64,000 nt of DNA from Callorhinchus milii (Eukaryota): positions 67,768,001 to 67,832,000 of the forward strand of contig NW_024704743.1 of NCBI RefSeq assembly GCF_018977255.1, in the 5' to 3' direction. The notes under the pieces are model-generated. The model had not been told where the DNA came from, did no database searches, and worked only from the letters and a program-made list of their open reading frames with translations. Shown here one piece after another: positions 1 to 12,088 of the stretch. A program made the position numbers and the translations under genes. The number at the start of each line of letters is the position of its first letter. The first letter of the stretch is position 1.

Positions 1-197
1 GGATTAGGTATGTAGGGTGTATATCTTCAGGGAGAGAGTGCACATTCCATTCCAATAAATATCTTAGGAATTTCCATGTGTAGGTGGGATACATGGAATT
101 CTATGTTTGGTTTGGATACTCCAGTGATGCAGTTCCACATCTGTCAGACATCCAGGACGTGAAATACTAAACACTGATTTCAGAGTTGTGCACAATA

Positions 198-585
198 CAA
201 CAACAAATTGCATTTATTGTACCTTTTATGCCCGGAGGATGTCCAAGCCACTGGAAAGTTGACAGTTTGCACCTAAGCTGGGGGTTAGGCAGTGGGTATG
301 GAAAAATGACTGAAGGCGTGGTCAAAAGGGAAGGTCATCAGAAGGACATGGAAGGAGGGAAGTGGCGAGGCAAAGGCTTCAAAGACTGGCGTTCCAGAGA
401 GTGGGGCAGAAAGGCTGAAGGCCTGATCACCAATGGTGAGATGGGCAGGGTGGGGGACATGAAGCAGACCAGTGCCTGCAGAGCAAAGGGAGTGGGCAGA
501 TTATGATTAGAAAGTCATAGTGGGAGGGTGAGGCAAGCCTGTGGAGGCCTTTAAAAGTGAGGCAGAGGATTTTTAATTCAAGATC
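198..585 (-). mobile_element. L2 LINE 3' fragment (decayed)
   Basis: Starts with the reverse complement of the (TTG)n tail and the ...ATAAATGCAATTT terminus, followed by purine-rich sequence matching the 3' end of the L2 copy at 27250-27587. Confidence 0.7.
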
Positions 586-1289
586 ACCAAAATCAACATT
601 TCATAATGTTATTAAAGTGCAATCAAACCACTGGCATAAACATTGGTTCAGTAGACACGGCGCAAAGCCAGTAGATGCTGACCTTGCAATAAACAACAAC
701 AACAGCAACTTGCACTTATATGGCACTGTCCACACAGGGTAGAGGCTCAGAGCACTGCTCCGGGCGGTGGGTGCGGGGGGCATCTCAATTTAAGATGGCT
801 GTTTGTCAGCAGAAATCCTAAACATACTGCCGTGTATGCAGCTTAAACAGAGCACTTTAATGAAAACCAACTCACAGAAGATCACAAGATAGGTTGGGAT
901 GAAAGCCCTTCAGGCATCTGATTTCATCTTTGCAGAACAACAACAACAAATTGCATTTATATAGCGCCCTTCATGCAGGAGAGCAACCCTATTTAGTAAT
1001 AAACACCCTATTATCTCCCATCACTATTCTTCTTATTATTATTCACAGCATCAAGCTGATGATAACAGAGGCTATATACAGTGTTAGGTTTATAATCAAT
1101 AATAGCCCGCTAAATTCTCTAATTATGAAGAAACAACCAGATATTGCTTTTAATGCAATGATAAATCCTGAGGTTGGAGGGGATGGGGGTTGCATAAAAG
1201 TTAAAAAAAATGCCTGAAACTCATAGGTAAAATCTCCTGCTTATTTTGGAGAGAGGAGTCTTAATTACATATGAGCTTTGTTTGAATTT

Positions 1290-1810
1290 ACTTCTGTGTT
1301 CATTTGCCAGCTGTTGAATTACAATGTGAAGTAGGAGTTGTTTTTTGCATTTCAACTTGCGTTTGATCTTTCGGCCGGTGAAACTGACGATGAAAATATT
1401 AATGCTCCAAGTGCCTTTTGCATCTCTGCGTCAAATGTTCGAGATAAATGCACACTTAGCCTGAACATGATTCAGTTTCAAGCGCAGCATTCCATTTCGT
1501 CAAACCGCTCATCGCTCATTTATACAACGCTCCCAAATTCCAGACAGAGAAAAAAGGTCTGAATATCAAAAGAATTTTGATCCGATCAAGAAATATTCAA
1601 TCGTCATCCAGTTCTGAACTGCTCAGCATACTAAATACAGACAAATTACAGCTTGAGACAGCCGAATATTTCACAAGTCTAATCATTTCGGTGTAAGATG
1701 CTGACGTCTGTTAAGTGTTCTGCTGTGCTCAGATTGCGTTGCGGAATGGACGGTTAAACGACCTGTGTTACAAACATGTGGAAATAACTCATTCTGATCA
1801 AAAGTTTACA
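1290..1810. promoter_or_regulatory. CpG-retaining unique block, candidate conserved non-coding element or ancient repeat
   Basis: About 20 CpG in ~400 bp (1360-1762) of AT-rich DNA, against CpG-depleted flanks; no repeat motif or convincing ORF. Confidence 0.35.
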
Positions 1811-3169
1811 GAAATCCTGATCTAAGCACAGTACTTTGTTGCAAACCAGTCATACGTTTATCCAAATTCAGTTCTACTCAGCTGTATATATTTAATGAAC
1901 ACGTTTCTTTCAACTTAATGATTTAATAAATCCTTCCACAGGTCTCATATCGGTCAGGGGATATGAACGCATTGATGCTCTCTTTGACAGATTTAAGCAC
2001 TGACCAAAACATTAAGGACCTGGCCATACAGAGAATTGCACTCATAAAATAATCAAACAGAAAGAATGGTCATTCAAAGATTTTCTAATAGGCTATTAAG
2101 TATGTAAAGTGAAACCTAAATGAATGTTGAATGGATCAAATGTTCCAATTAGTCATAAAGTGCTTGGTGTGCACAGTTTAAGTTTAGTAATTATGCACCT
2201 AGGTAGCTGACTGATCAGGCGATAACTAAAAGTCATTTGATGAGCAGGGTGCTAATGAAGTGTTCCTTCAGAGTGACCCAGAAGTTGGCGGGATAGAATC
2301 AGCTCAGCCTTTTCAACCTGGCAGATATTTAATATCTGAATGTTGGCGTTTGCTGGAATGACAAAAAAAGGTAGCAATGCTAGCCAAGACAGGGTGCAGT
2401 GCCTTGGGAAATAAACAACATTTAATATGCTTTTCATCTAATGTAGAAACTGTTTGTCTCCAGTTTGTACCTTTTTACTTCTGGAAAATCACTACATGAA
2501 CCAAAAATCTTGCAAATCTTGTCCAACAATCTACCAAATAAAATTGACCATTCACTTTATGACAGTTTGTGGATCATGATTGTACACAAGTTGGCTGCTG
2601 TGTTCACCTACAAAACACAGAGTCATTGCACTTTACAGTAAATCTGGTTATTAATAAAAATAATTCCTAGCAGTTGAGCGATGTGGAGCTGGAATGCATC
2701 AGGGTTGTTGAAAAACAACATTACCTGATTTCGCAGTTGAATGGGAAAAACACAATGTGTGCGAAAAATTGTTTGAGAAGAGTATCAGAAGAGTTATCAT
2801 ATGTCTGCATGAAGCACCTTTCCTTGCACTTTGTGGCATTTATGCTATCATTTATCTAATGAATAATTTTGCAATTCCAATATCTAGAAGAAAATTGCAA
2901 AGCCGGGAACAATTGGGATCTAAGCCAAAATTGAGATCAGTGTCCAAGTAGAGTTCTGACCACTGTGGGTTGTGACAAATCCAAGAATTGCTAGTTATGA
3001 ATCCCTTTGCAACTTGCTCAACTTAGACCACCGTATATGTAAAGCTTTGTTGCTGGTAAAATGAGTGAGCAATGGACAAATATAAAATGCTGAAGTACCA
3101 ATGCAACAGTTCTACCAGGTTCTGATTATTGCCTTGTTAAGGACTTAATGCAACTGAATGGAACATGGT

Positions 3170-3420
3170 ACTGCTAATGTAGTGGGTTGAAAAGATCCCA
3201 ATTAATCTTTCTTAGCAGAGTTATTGACTTGGTCTTCTCAGCACTGAAGACAACGCACCATTTGTCTGCCCACTGTCAAATTCTGTCTGTATCTGGCTAC
3301 ATCGATTTGGGGGGGCTGTCTGCCTCTCGCCAGCTGATCTGCCAAGGTTGTCATCAGCAAACAGCACAATGTCACTGTTGATGACACCAGTCAGATTGCT
3401 GATGAAGACAATGAACACAG
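3170..3420 (-). mobile_element. CR1-like LINE reverse transcriptase fragment
   Basis: Minus ORF 3221-3418 reads FIVFISNL...LFADDN, resembling the RT FADD motif region; frameshifted. Confidence 0.55.
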
Positions 3421-4329
3421 TTAAGGCATAATTCCTCCTGATGGACTGTCTGCTTTCATGTTACATAAATAGAAATTTCCAGTTATAATGACCTGGTGTT
3501 AGTGGGCTCAAAGTACATTGTGGGGTGATTCTCAGTAACGTTATGAGCCTTGGTAGAAAATTAGTTGACTGCCAAAGAATACCTCCCAATGTGTTCAATC
3601 ACAACCAAAATGACACCTAGTTTTAGTTTGCAAAGACCATTTTGTCCAAGATATCTAGGATTGCACTGAAGTGTCGAAAATTCAGTCTTAATTTAAAGGC
3701 TGATTTATTGAATTTTATGTTAAACAAAAGGCTTCCAAATTAATAAAAACATCAACAATTTGGAGTAATGTCTTGGTGGACTTAAAACTGAAATCAAATT
3801 GATATAATGCCTTATCACATCGTTGAGATGTCTCAAAGCACTTCACAGAATATACTATAAAGTGATTTGACACATTACCACAAAGCAGCGATCATTGTTA
3901 GTCCATGGCATTAGTTGTTTAAAAGCAAACCTAATGCATGAAATTCCACATTTTATATTTGTCCATTGCAACAGTTCTACCAGATTCTGATTATTGCCTT
4001 GCTAAGGACTTAATGCAAAGATTATTATTATGTGGCAAATTGCAGTACTGGCCATCACCTACTTGGTCTGAGTCAGGTGAAGCCTGAAGCAGTATACAAC
4101 AGCAAGATCTTATTGAACATGTTCTACTAAGGTTTGCTGTATAGAAACAAATTCACTCAATACTGTACATTCCTCGCAGGATGCCAATGGAAGTCTCTGC
4201 TTGAATACAGATTAAATCGTGCTCAGACATTCCAAATGATGATTTATTTAGTACCTTCAGGTGATCATGTGAATCAGTCAATTTTCGAAACAGTTCGAAA
4301 CACTTTATTAAATGTTCACAGATCCCAAT

Positions 4330-4655
4330 GTGGAGTCCTGTAGCTCAGTGGTTAGAGCACTCGCTTTGCAAGTGAGAGACCTGAGTTCAATTCCAGGCAG
4401 AGGGCGAAACCTTGGGCAAGTTTCCTTACTCCACACGCCTAATAATAATCCCTCCAAAAACCAAAAACAATAATTAAATTGGTCATTTTCAATCTACGAC
4501 TGTTTGTGGGACATTGCTGTGCGCAATTGGCTGCCGCGTTCGCCATCAAATATACAGTCAATTCACTTTACAGTGTGTTCTGTGAAGCGCTTTGGGACAT
4601 CCTCCTGACGTGAAAAGCGCTATATCAAATGCAAGGATTATTATTATTATTATTA
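4330..4655 (+). mobile_element. Young tRNA-Ala-headed SINE, short form, full length
   Basis: Head GTGGAGTCCTGTAGCTCAGTGGTTAGAGC (A box) ... GAGTTCAATTCC (B box), Deu-type 3' body GCTGTGCGCAATTGGCTGCCGCGTT, tail AAGCGCTTTGGGAC...GCGCTATATCAAATGCAAGG(ATT)n; nearly identical to 25081-25393. Confidence 0.92.
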
Positions 4656-4699
4656 ATGCTCTGGCTTATTGCCATCACTCTAATACCTACTTTACCCAA

Positions 4700-5000
4700 G
4701 TAGCAATCTCTTTTTTTAAACATCTGACTGATTCCACTTCTGCAGCTTTCATGGGCAAAGCATTCCTCCTCTTCGTATCCTTCGAGTGAAGAAATGGTTC
4801 ATACCCTCATTTCTAACTGTCATAGTTTTGATTTTAAACCTAAGTTCCCTTGTAATGGATCCTCTACCCGAGGGAAGAGTTGCCCACAATCTAACCCTCA
4901 GTTCCTTTCATTATTTTAAATACCTCAATCAAATCATCCCTTAAATTCCTCTGCTCTAAGGAATATAATCTTTCTTCCCAGTCTTCCCAAACTCCCCTTA
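4700..5000 (-). mobile_element. CR1 LINE 3' region fragment
   Basis: Pyrimidine-rich sequence with CR1-type motifs (GTGAAGAAAT...CCCT, ATTTTAAATACCTCAATCAAATCATCCCTTAA) also seen at 46590-47220. Confidence 0.55.
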
Positions 5001-5864
5001 TCTCCCCAGCTCAGGCTCCCAGTCACCGGTGTGGAATACTTTGAGATTTTCTCCCAATGTATGAATATAATTTGTTGTATTTATCTATTGAACTGTTGCT
5101 GGACACCCACCAAAGCAAATATGTCCAATAACCTGAACAAGAATATCATTCAGTCCACTGAATCAATTTGTCCTGTTTGTTAGATCATGGCAAATCTTGA
5201 AATCCATTGTCCAGTCTTCTTTTCATACCTTTTAATACCCTGACTTTCTTGCAGTATTATCCAGAAAGTAATTAAGAGCTGGAATGGGTTACCACAAAAT
5301 GTGTTGAGGTTGGGATGGGCGATAGATTCATTTACAATACAATATAATCTTACATTTACAGAGCACCTTTCATGGTGGGAAAACATCCCAGGGTGCTTAA
5401 GAAACAGCTTGATGCTGTCAAAGAAAGATAGTAGGATAGGCATTGTGAAAGGGTATGATCAAATGGGTTGAATGGAATTCTGCATCAGAACCTTGTTTGC
5501 AATCTCCCTTTACACATTACATTGTGAAGAAAGACTGCAAAATTACAGTTGATTCAGTGGATTTATGCCCGGCAGGGAACACAAAAATCAATATGGAAAA
5601 AGATTAACAATTTGACTTAGAATGCATTTCCATTGGCACCAGACAGTCAAATTCTATGGCTGGCATCCAAAATTGGTATGAAAGAGGTATGAAAAGAAGA
5701 TTGGACAAGACTGGTAAAAATTGTCTCATCCTTTAATGGCCCTCAAAACGTTTTCTACAGCTGCTCTCCTCTCCATTACGCTTTTCCAAAAGACTTCACA
5801 AGGTATTTTAATCTATTTCTGCCCCCCACCCCCACCACCCACCGTGGATTTCCCTAAACAATGC

Positions 5865-6085
5865 TTGTAGGTGAATGTGGCAGCCAATTTGCACACAGCA
5901 ATGTCCCCCACACAGCTGTGAAGTGAATGACCAACATTATTTGGGGGCTTATTGGCCAAGCCACCAGGAGAAAATCCCTTCTTGTTTTGAGTAGTGCCAT
6001 TGGGATCTTTACTTTAGCACTGGATTGTCAGCCTCCGCCATGAGTTCAAAGTCCTGACATAGGATTTGAACCCACAACCTTCTGA
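5865..6085 (-). mobile_element. Old DeuSINE (SacSINE1-like) fragment
   Basis: GGCAGCCAATTTGCACACAGCAATGTCCC...AGTGCCAT-GGGATCTTTA...TTTGAACCCACAACCTTCTGA. Confidence 0.75.
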
Positions 6086-6419
6086 TGTGATGCGCACAGC
6101 CTCATTTGCCACCTGGTCCATTAACTCACAAAAAACTGGTGTGTCAGGAATGTTGAAAACTACATCAGCAAGAGATGCCAAGTTGTCCTAAAGACCATGA
6201 GTGATTGTATAATGCAGTATAAATTTATGCCCTGTGTGCATAAAAAGGTACCAATATACATAAACACCCATGTCTGACTGCAAATCTCAAAGCAGATGGC
6301 CCAGGCATGTGAGTCCCCTTACTGCACTAGGATTTATGAGATTGACAGTTTTACGTTGGGATTGCAATAGAGAACAGAACATGTTATCCCAACTCAGTAC
6401 ACACAAAATGAGAAATAAT

Positions 6420-6755
6420 AAATCATAATCTTTGCTTTTGGTACAGAGCCTTATCACATCAGAAGGACATCTCAAAACACTGTCAAATGGAGTGACTATG
6501 TATTTGTAGGCAAATGCAGCAGCACAGTGGTCACACAATGTCCCAGAAACAGCCATGAAACAAGTGACCAATTTTTGGAAGGGATTTGGTGGCCAGGGCA
6601 CCGGGAGATACTCCCTTTTATTTTTGAATAATGCCATGTGATCCTTAAAGCCACCTGAACAGGCAGATGGGACCTCGGTTCAACGTTTCATCCAAAGGAC
6701 AGCAACTCCAACAATGAAACACACCCCCAGCGGTGCATTGGAATGTCATCTTAAC
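6420..6755 (-). mobile_element. Old DeuSINE fragment
   Basis: Tail, Deu core (TGCCATGTGATCCTTAAAGCCACCTGAACAGGCAGATGGGACCTCGGTT) and part of the head. Confidence 0.75.
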
Positions 6756-7309
6756 TCCTTAAGTCCCAAGGATAACCGATACAAAACAAACAACCTCCGG
6801 AATAGTCAATCTGACAAGAGTTCATGAGATACCTATTGCACAGGGCATGAATCTTAAAATGGAAGATCAATTAGCTTAACATCCATTGTGAGGGAAGCTG
6901 TTTGAGAGCATCAATGAAAGTGAACTCAGTTCATCTAAAATGTATTGTTACTGGTAAGGCTAGTCAAGGGCTAAACTTATAGAAGTAGTGGGATATATTT
7001 CAATAATCCACTGAAATGTTATGAAGCAATAACTAACCAAGCAGTTCTTCATGTAAGTAAGTTTAAGATCATGGAGACGGTGAATTAAAAACATAAGAAA
7101 GCACGGAATGAAAAATGGTGTGTCAATGGGGTCAAATTATAAAAAAGTTTTTAACTAACATGTCCTGCAAGTACCTCTATTCATTGGCATGTTGGGAGGT
7201 TTGTTTGGATACCATGTGTGTGGAGCCCCTTTGATGAAAATCCACTTTGAAAGTCAGAATTATTGACACACAAATGCAGGTCTGATGGGTCATCGACTTG
7301 CGGATTTCC

Positions 7310-7421
7310 GTCATGGAATCTTTAATGTCTTCTGAACAGGTTTAATGTCCCATTCAAAAGAAGGCACCTCAGGCAATCCAATACATTGCACTGGAGTGTC
7401 AGCTTAGACCACATGACTTAC
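7310..7421 (-). repeat. 112-bp inverted duplicate of 7886-7997 (DeuSINE internal segment)
   Basis: Manual alignment to the reverse complement of 7886-7997 gives 2 mismatches in 112 bp. Confidence 0.9.
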
Positions 7422-7554
7422 TTTTTCTTTTTACAAATCATTTTAGGATTTCCAATTATTAGACCCTCATGTCTCTTGTTGTCTAAAATAAAGTAGCCTA
7501 TGTAGATTACCTTACAAATCTATTACGTTAGTTCAGCCAGCTTTGCATAGCTTA

Positions 7555-7765
7555 TTTCTTCAGGAAGCATTTCTTCACACAGAGGGTTGTGGAAACGTAT
7601 TATGCCTTAGTAGTGGAAACAATAGGGATGTTTAAAAGAAAGACAGATGAGAATAAATTCAATAAATGCTGAAAGATGTTGAAAAGACAGAGCATTGGGA
7701 TCTGGAAAGACCTAATAAACTAGTGGAACAGGCCTGATTGACTAAATGGCCCCCTCCTGTTCCTT
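7555..7765 (+). mobile_element. CR1 LINE 3' end fragment
   Basis: CAGGAAGCATTTCTTCACACAGAGGGTTGTGGAA (RKHFFTQRVVE, CR1 ORF2 C-terminus) and the 3' UTR AAATGGCCCCCTCCTGTTCC. Confidence 0.7.
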
Positions 7766-7837
7766 TTTTAAATATTCCAAGGCATTGCTGGCAAGACCAG
7801 AAACAAATGTTACATTGTGTTGTTTCAGCCTATGATC

Positions 7838-8191
7838 AGTCTGGCTCAGTTGGCAGCAGAAGGTTATGGTTTCACATCGGGGCTTGTAAGTCATGTGGTC
7901 TAAGCTGACACTCCAGTGCAATGTATTGGATTGCCTGAGGTGCCTTCCTTTGAATGGGACATTAAACCTGTTCAGAAGACATTAAAAATTCCATGACACT
8001 TTCTGCCGGGTTCCTGGCCAACAAACATGGCTGTTTGTGGGATACAGTCATGCGCAATTGGGCTGCCACTTTTGCCTACAAATATACAGTCACTTCACTT
8101 CACAGTAAATCCTGTGTGCTTTGGGATGTCCTCCCAACACGAAAGGCGTTATACCAAATGCAAGGATGATGAGTATTATTATTATTATTAT
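7838..8191 (+). mobile_element. Old DeuSINE, near full length
   Basis: Head GGCTCAGTTGGCAGC...AGAAGGTTATGG, Deu body, tail ending in (TAT)n. Confidence 0.8.
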
Positions 8192-10328
8192 TTCAAAAAG
8201 CTCTCTGCTCAATACCTGTTTCTATTAGTAATTCACACTTACTGTATTTTCTCTGATCTGAAACACATTATCTTACTATCCAGCCTAAACTCTTTAGTTT
8301 GGTCAAGGAGGATTTTTAAGTCTGATTCTTTCAGATATATAACACAACTGCTATCCAGATCAGGTCACAAATTACAAGAATGGTGATATAGCACAGGGAC
8401 AGAGCATAATTAGAGCACCAACACTTGGTACCTTGAAAATGAGGGGACACGGTATTGAACCTTTTGCTTCACCAAGTTCATATTCTCAATCTTACAGCTG
8501 GGAGTTGGGGAAAAGGGAAAAAAACAAAGGGAAAGCTGCTAGATGCCTCTTTGCAGCTAGCTCAAAGCTGTGTCAGGAGCATTCTGCAAACAGTTCACCC
8601 ACCCCTTCAGCCACTGCGGATGCATAACCAGGCAGAGGAGAGCCAAGTAAAAAAAATATGAACCCGTTTTTGAGCAGAGGTGATAATTCCATAGTGATAC
8701 GACTCTTTATCACACAGAGGTGAATGTTTGCTCCAGATATAAGAAATATTTAGCTGTACTAACGCAATCATGCTTTATGCGCCACTGGTCACTCGTAACA
8801 CTTATTGTTTAAGCATCGCTTCTTCATGAATAATACATTTTATTGCATTCAAATCTAAGTTATGTGTTAGTAGCACAGAGACCTTGAAAAGTACAGTAAT
8901 TCAAGTCTGCAACCAATAGATATTCAGTTGTCCGGGATGACAAGAAATCAAGTATCTCATTTCCCCTTTTTCCCTTCAACTTCCAACTTTCATATACAGT
9001 AATTTAAAGCTCTCCAGATATTCCAAAAAGAATCCACAGTGCATGTCTTATTGATGACAGTTTCTCCTCGCAACACCCTCCCCCCCACCCGCCACATCAT
9101 GAGGATTATTTACAGCAATTCAGGACACTCTTCTCAGCATTCCAGCTGTTCAAAGAAATTCATCGCATCTGGTGGTAAATAGGTAATGATGACACATGGG
9201 ACAGATATTCTTCATTGCCTGAGACACTAGAATGAAACCTTATGCATTAAATTAGCTGGGATTCAAGTGGACGCTGAATATGAGACAAACTTTCCCCTTA
9301 AAAAGCACATTAATTAGTCCGATTTTTTAATATGCAAACTGTGCATCCAATATATAAAAAAAACTCTTGAGCACTTAAATCTGAGGTTGTGCCAGGAAAG
9401 CGTGTTACGACTTTTGCAATAAAGATGCACAGTTTACACAGAAATGTCATCAATGATTCAGAGGAGTATGGTTAAAAACATCTATTCGTATTAGCAAGGC
9501 TCATTTGGGCCAGAAGGTGAGAGTTTCAATTCAGGGTGTGCCCTCACTGTCCAGGATGACATTCCAGAGCAGTATTGGGAGAGCTTCAATTTTTTAGAGG
9601 TGCCATTCTTCAGGTGAAATATGAAGGTTAAACTGTGGTCTGGCTGTTCTTTTGTTGGATAGTAACAAGCCCATGACACCAGTCGAAAAGAGAGTTTCTC
9701 CTGGTATCCTGTCCAATAATCCTCCAGATTATTTAGACATACCTCATGCCTCTTTGTGGGGCTCTGCTGATAGATTATGCCTGTTGCATTTGCCTACAAA
9801 ATCTACAATTGACAGTAACTTTCTTTAAGACATTTGAACAATGGAAAAAAACAATGAAAAATTATTTATTTTCTCTCTCTTGAGGCTAACTAAAATTTCA
9901 AACCTTATTATAAATTAAACATATTGAAGTGGTGTTAGAGAGAATAAACAAGCCATTTACTCCAGTATTCTACATCATTATTTACAAATAAATATATTTA
10001 TCAGACACATGTGGGCCAGAATGTTTCCTTTATTTATAATGCCCAAAATGAGCAACAATCATTTTTTGAAAATGTGCATCACTACAGCAAAAGTAAAAAA
10101 TATGTGTGTTGGCCTGAAAGAGTTAAAACATGAACATTGGAACTTTTCCCTTTCATTTGTTTACTCAGATACAATATGAATAAAAAGTATATTTTGGGGG
10201 AACTAAATGTCAATCCCAATTCATTAGAACATCTGAGATTATATATTGTAGAGGATTAAAGTGTACATACTGTCCTTTCATGCGTAGGAATGTATGCAAC
10301 TTTGTATTAGTGCCCCTGCATTTTGCTC

Positions 10329-10434
10329 CAAAACCCACATCGAGTGTGCCTGGAGGATCATAAACTCGGTAGAAGAGGCCATTTCACAACTAGGTGTTCT
10401 TCTGGCAGAATGAGGGGATGGTGAGGGCCTGCCT
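10329..10434 (+). mobile_element. Isolated internal Tx1 fragment (copy of ~11492-11597)
   Basis: CAAAACCCACATC...GGTGAGGGCCTGCCT is about 90% identical to part of the Tx1 element 1.16 kb downstream. Confidence 0.85.
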
Positions 10435-10502
10435 AGCTGGCATCAAAGGCACCTTCAAAGATTTGTACCATCATGCCAATCTAGCATCTTAATGAACTGC
10501 TT

Positions 10503-10790
10503 AAGCAAGCGAGAGACCTGGGTTAGATTCCCAGCAGGGCAAAACCTTGGGAAAGTTTCCTTACCCCACACGGCTGATAATAATCCCTCAAGAAAAAAAA
10601 ACAATAATAAATTGGTCACTTCAATCCACGACTGTTTGTGGGACACTACTGTGCACAATTGGCTGCTGCGTTTCACCTACAAATATACAGTCAATTCATT
10701 TTACAGTATATTCTGTGAAGCGCTTTGAGACGTCTCGAAGACGTGAAAAGCGCTACATCAAATGCAAGAATTATTATTATTTTATTATTT
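10503..10790 (+). mobile_element. tRNA-Ala-headed SINE, short form, 5'-truncated
   Basis: GCAAGCGAGAGACCTGGGTTAGATTCCCAGCAGGGC...tail (ATT)n. Confidence 0.88.
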
Positions 10791-11394
10791 AAGCGTTTAA
10801 ATTTATCTAAGTACATCGATTATGCGCATCAAATTTTGCTGCACAACAAAGAACTTTGGACAGTGCTACTGCACAGCAAGTCTGGTGAATGGAGGCAGGC
10901 CTGAAGCCACGTGACAACCGTTTTGACTAGAGAATGATGCCAGTCATTATGTTGAGGAGGCATCAGAAGCGACAGGTAGTGACTCCTGAGTTAGTGGTCT
11001 CAAAGACTCTGAAGACCCTCCAGGATGGGTGGAAGGAATTTATAAATTGTTAAGATACAGCATTATTGGACATGTGAATCTCTTAACCTACACTCACACC
11101 AGAAAAGTTACACTTATAACAGTAAATAAGCAGTACTAGTCTAAATGTCGCAGAGTCTCATAACAACACTTAGCAAATGACATTGCTACACATGGGTAGT
11201 AAAGTTAATGTACCACAGCACTAATTTCTTCTGGGTCACATCATTTGGCTGTAGTTTTATTGCTTGTATAGACAACATATATACATAACATTCAAGAAGA
11301 GGTTTATGACACACATGGGCAAATGCAGGGACACACCATAATAAACTTATTTTACTGCTCAACCTTCTGTCTCAGAGGTGAGTGTTACCAACTG

Positions 11395-12088
11395 TTTAGA
11401 AAAAGATGGAATGGATTCTCTTGCGGTTTGTTCCTGGGGACCCGCTGTCATGGCACTCGGTGCTGGATGGCCTCTTCCCGGGCACTCACAGCAAAACCCA
11501 CATCTGGTGTGCCTGGAGGATCATAAACTCGGTAGAGGAAGCCATTCCACAACTCGGTGTTGTTCTGGCAGAACGAGGGGACGGTGAGGGCCTGCCTCAT
11601 GCTTGTGCAAGCTAGGATCAGGGACTATATACTGAGGGAGAAGCTGAAGTTCTGCTCAACCACGGCAAAGGCCAGATGGGGCCTGACCCCGGCAGGAGCC
11701 GCTGCGGCACAAACTGCTCAGGGCGCACTCACCGGGTAGCCCACGAGCGCACGCAAAACTGACTGAAGTAAGGGTACAGAAGGATGCTCGAAATGTAATC
11801 AAAGAGCATCCCAAAAATTAATGTACAGTAAACATGTGCGCTTCCGGTGCACATCGGGGCGCTTTCCGAAAGCGACAAGTGCGCCTTATCAGGGTGTGTG
11901 CAGGCGAGTACATGGATGTGATGTACACAGGGGCTACTCATGACTGTTTTAAAGGGAGCATCCCAAAAAACTGAATTTTTTTGTATTGGGAGGAAGGGAA
12001 AAATTGTAACAGAAGATGTGTTTGTTTTGGATTTCTGTTATACTAAATATTGTATTCATAAATAAATAAAAATAAAAATAAAACAAAA
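11395..12088 (+). mobile_element. Tx1-clade LINE, 5'-truncated 3' end with A-rich tail and 15-bp TSD
   Basis: Frameshifted ORFs SVLDGLFPGTHSKTHIWCAWRIINSVEEA / RIRDYILREKLKFCSTTAKARWG resemble the C-terminus of fish and shark Tx1 ORF2. It ends in an (AATAAA)-rich tail. TSD GAGTGTTACCAACTG (11380-11394) / GAGTGTTATCAGCTG (12089-12103). Confidence 0.8.

Noticed and set aside
4334..4407. Bona fide tRNA-Ala gene
   Set aside because: It continues directly into a SINE body and tail, recurs in many copies, and has a non-canonical acceptor stem.
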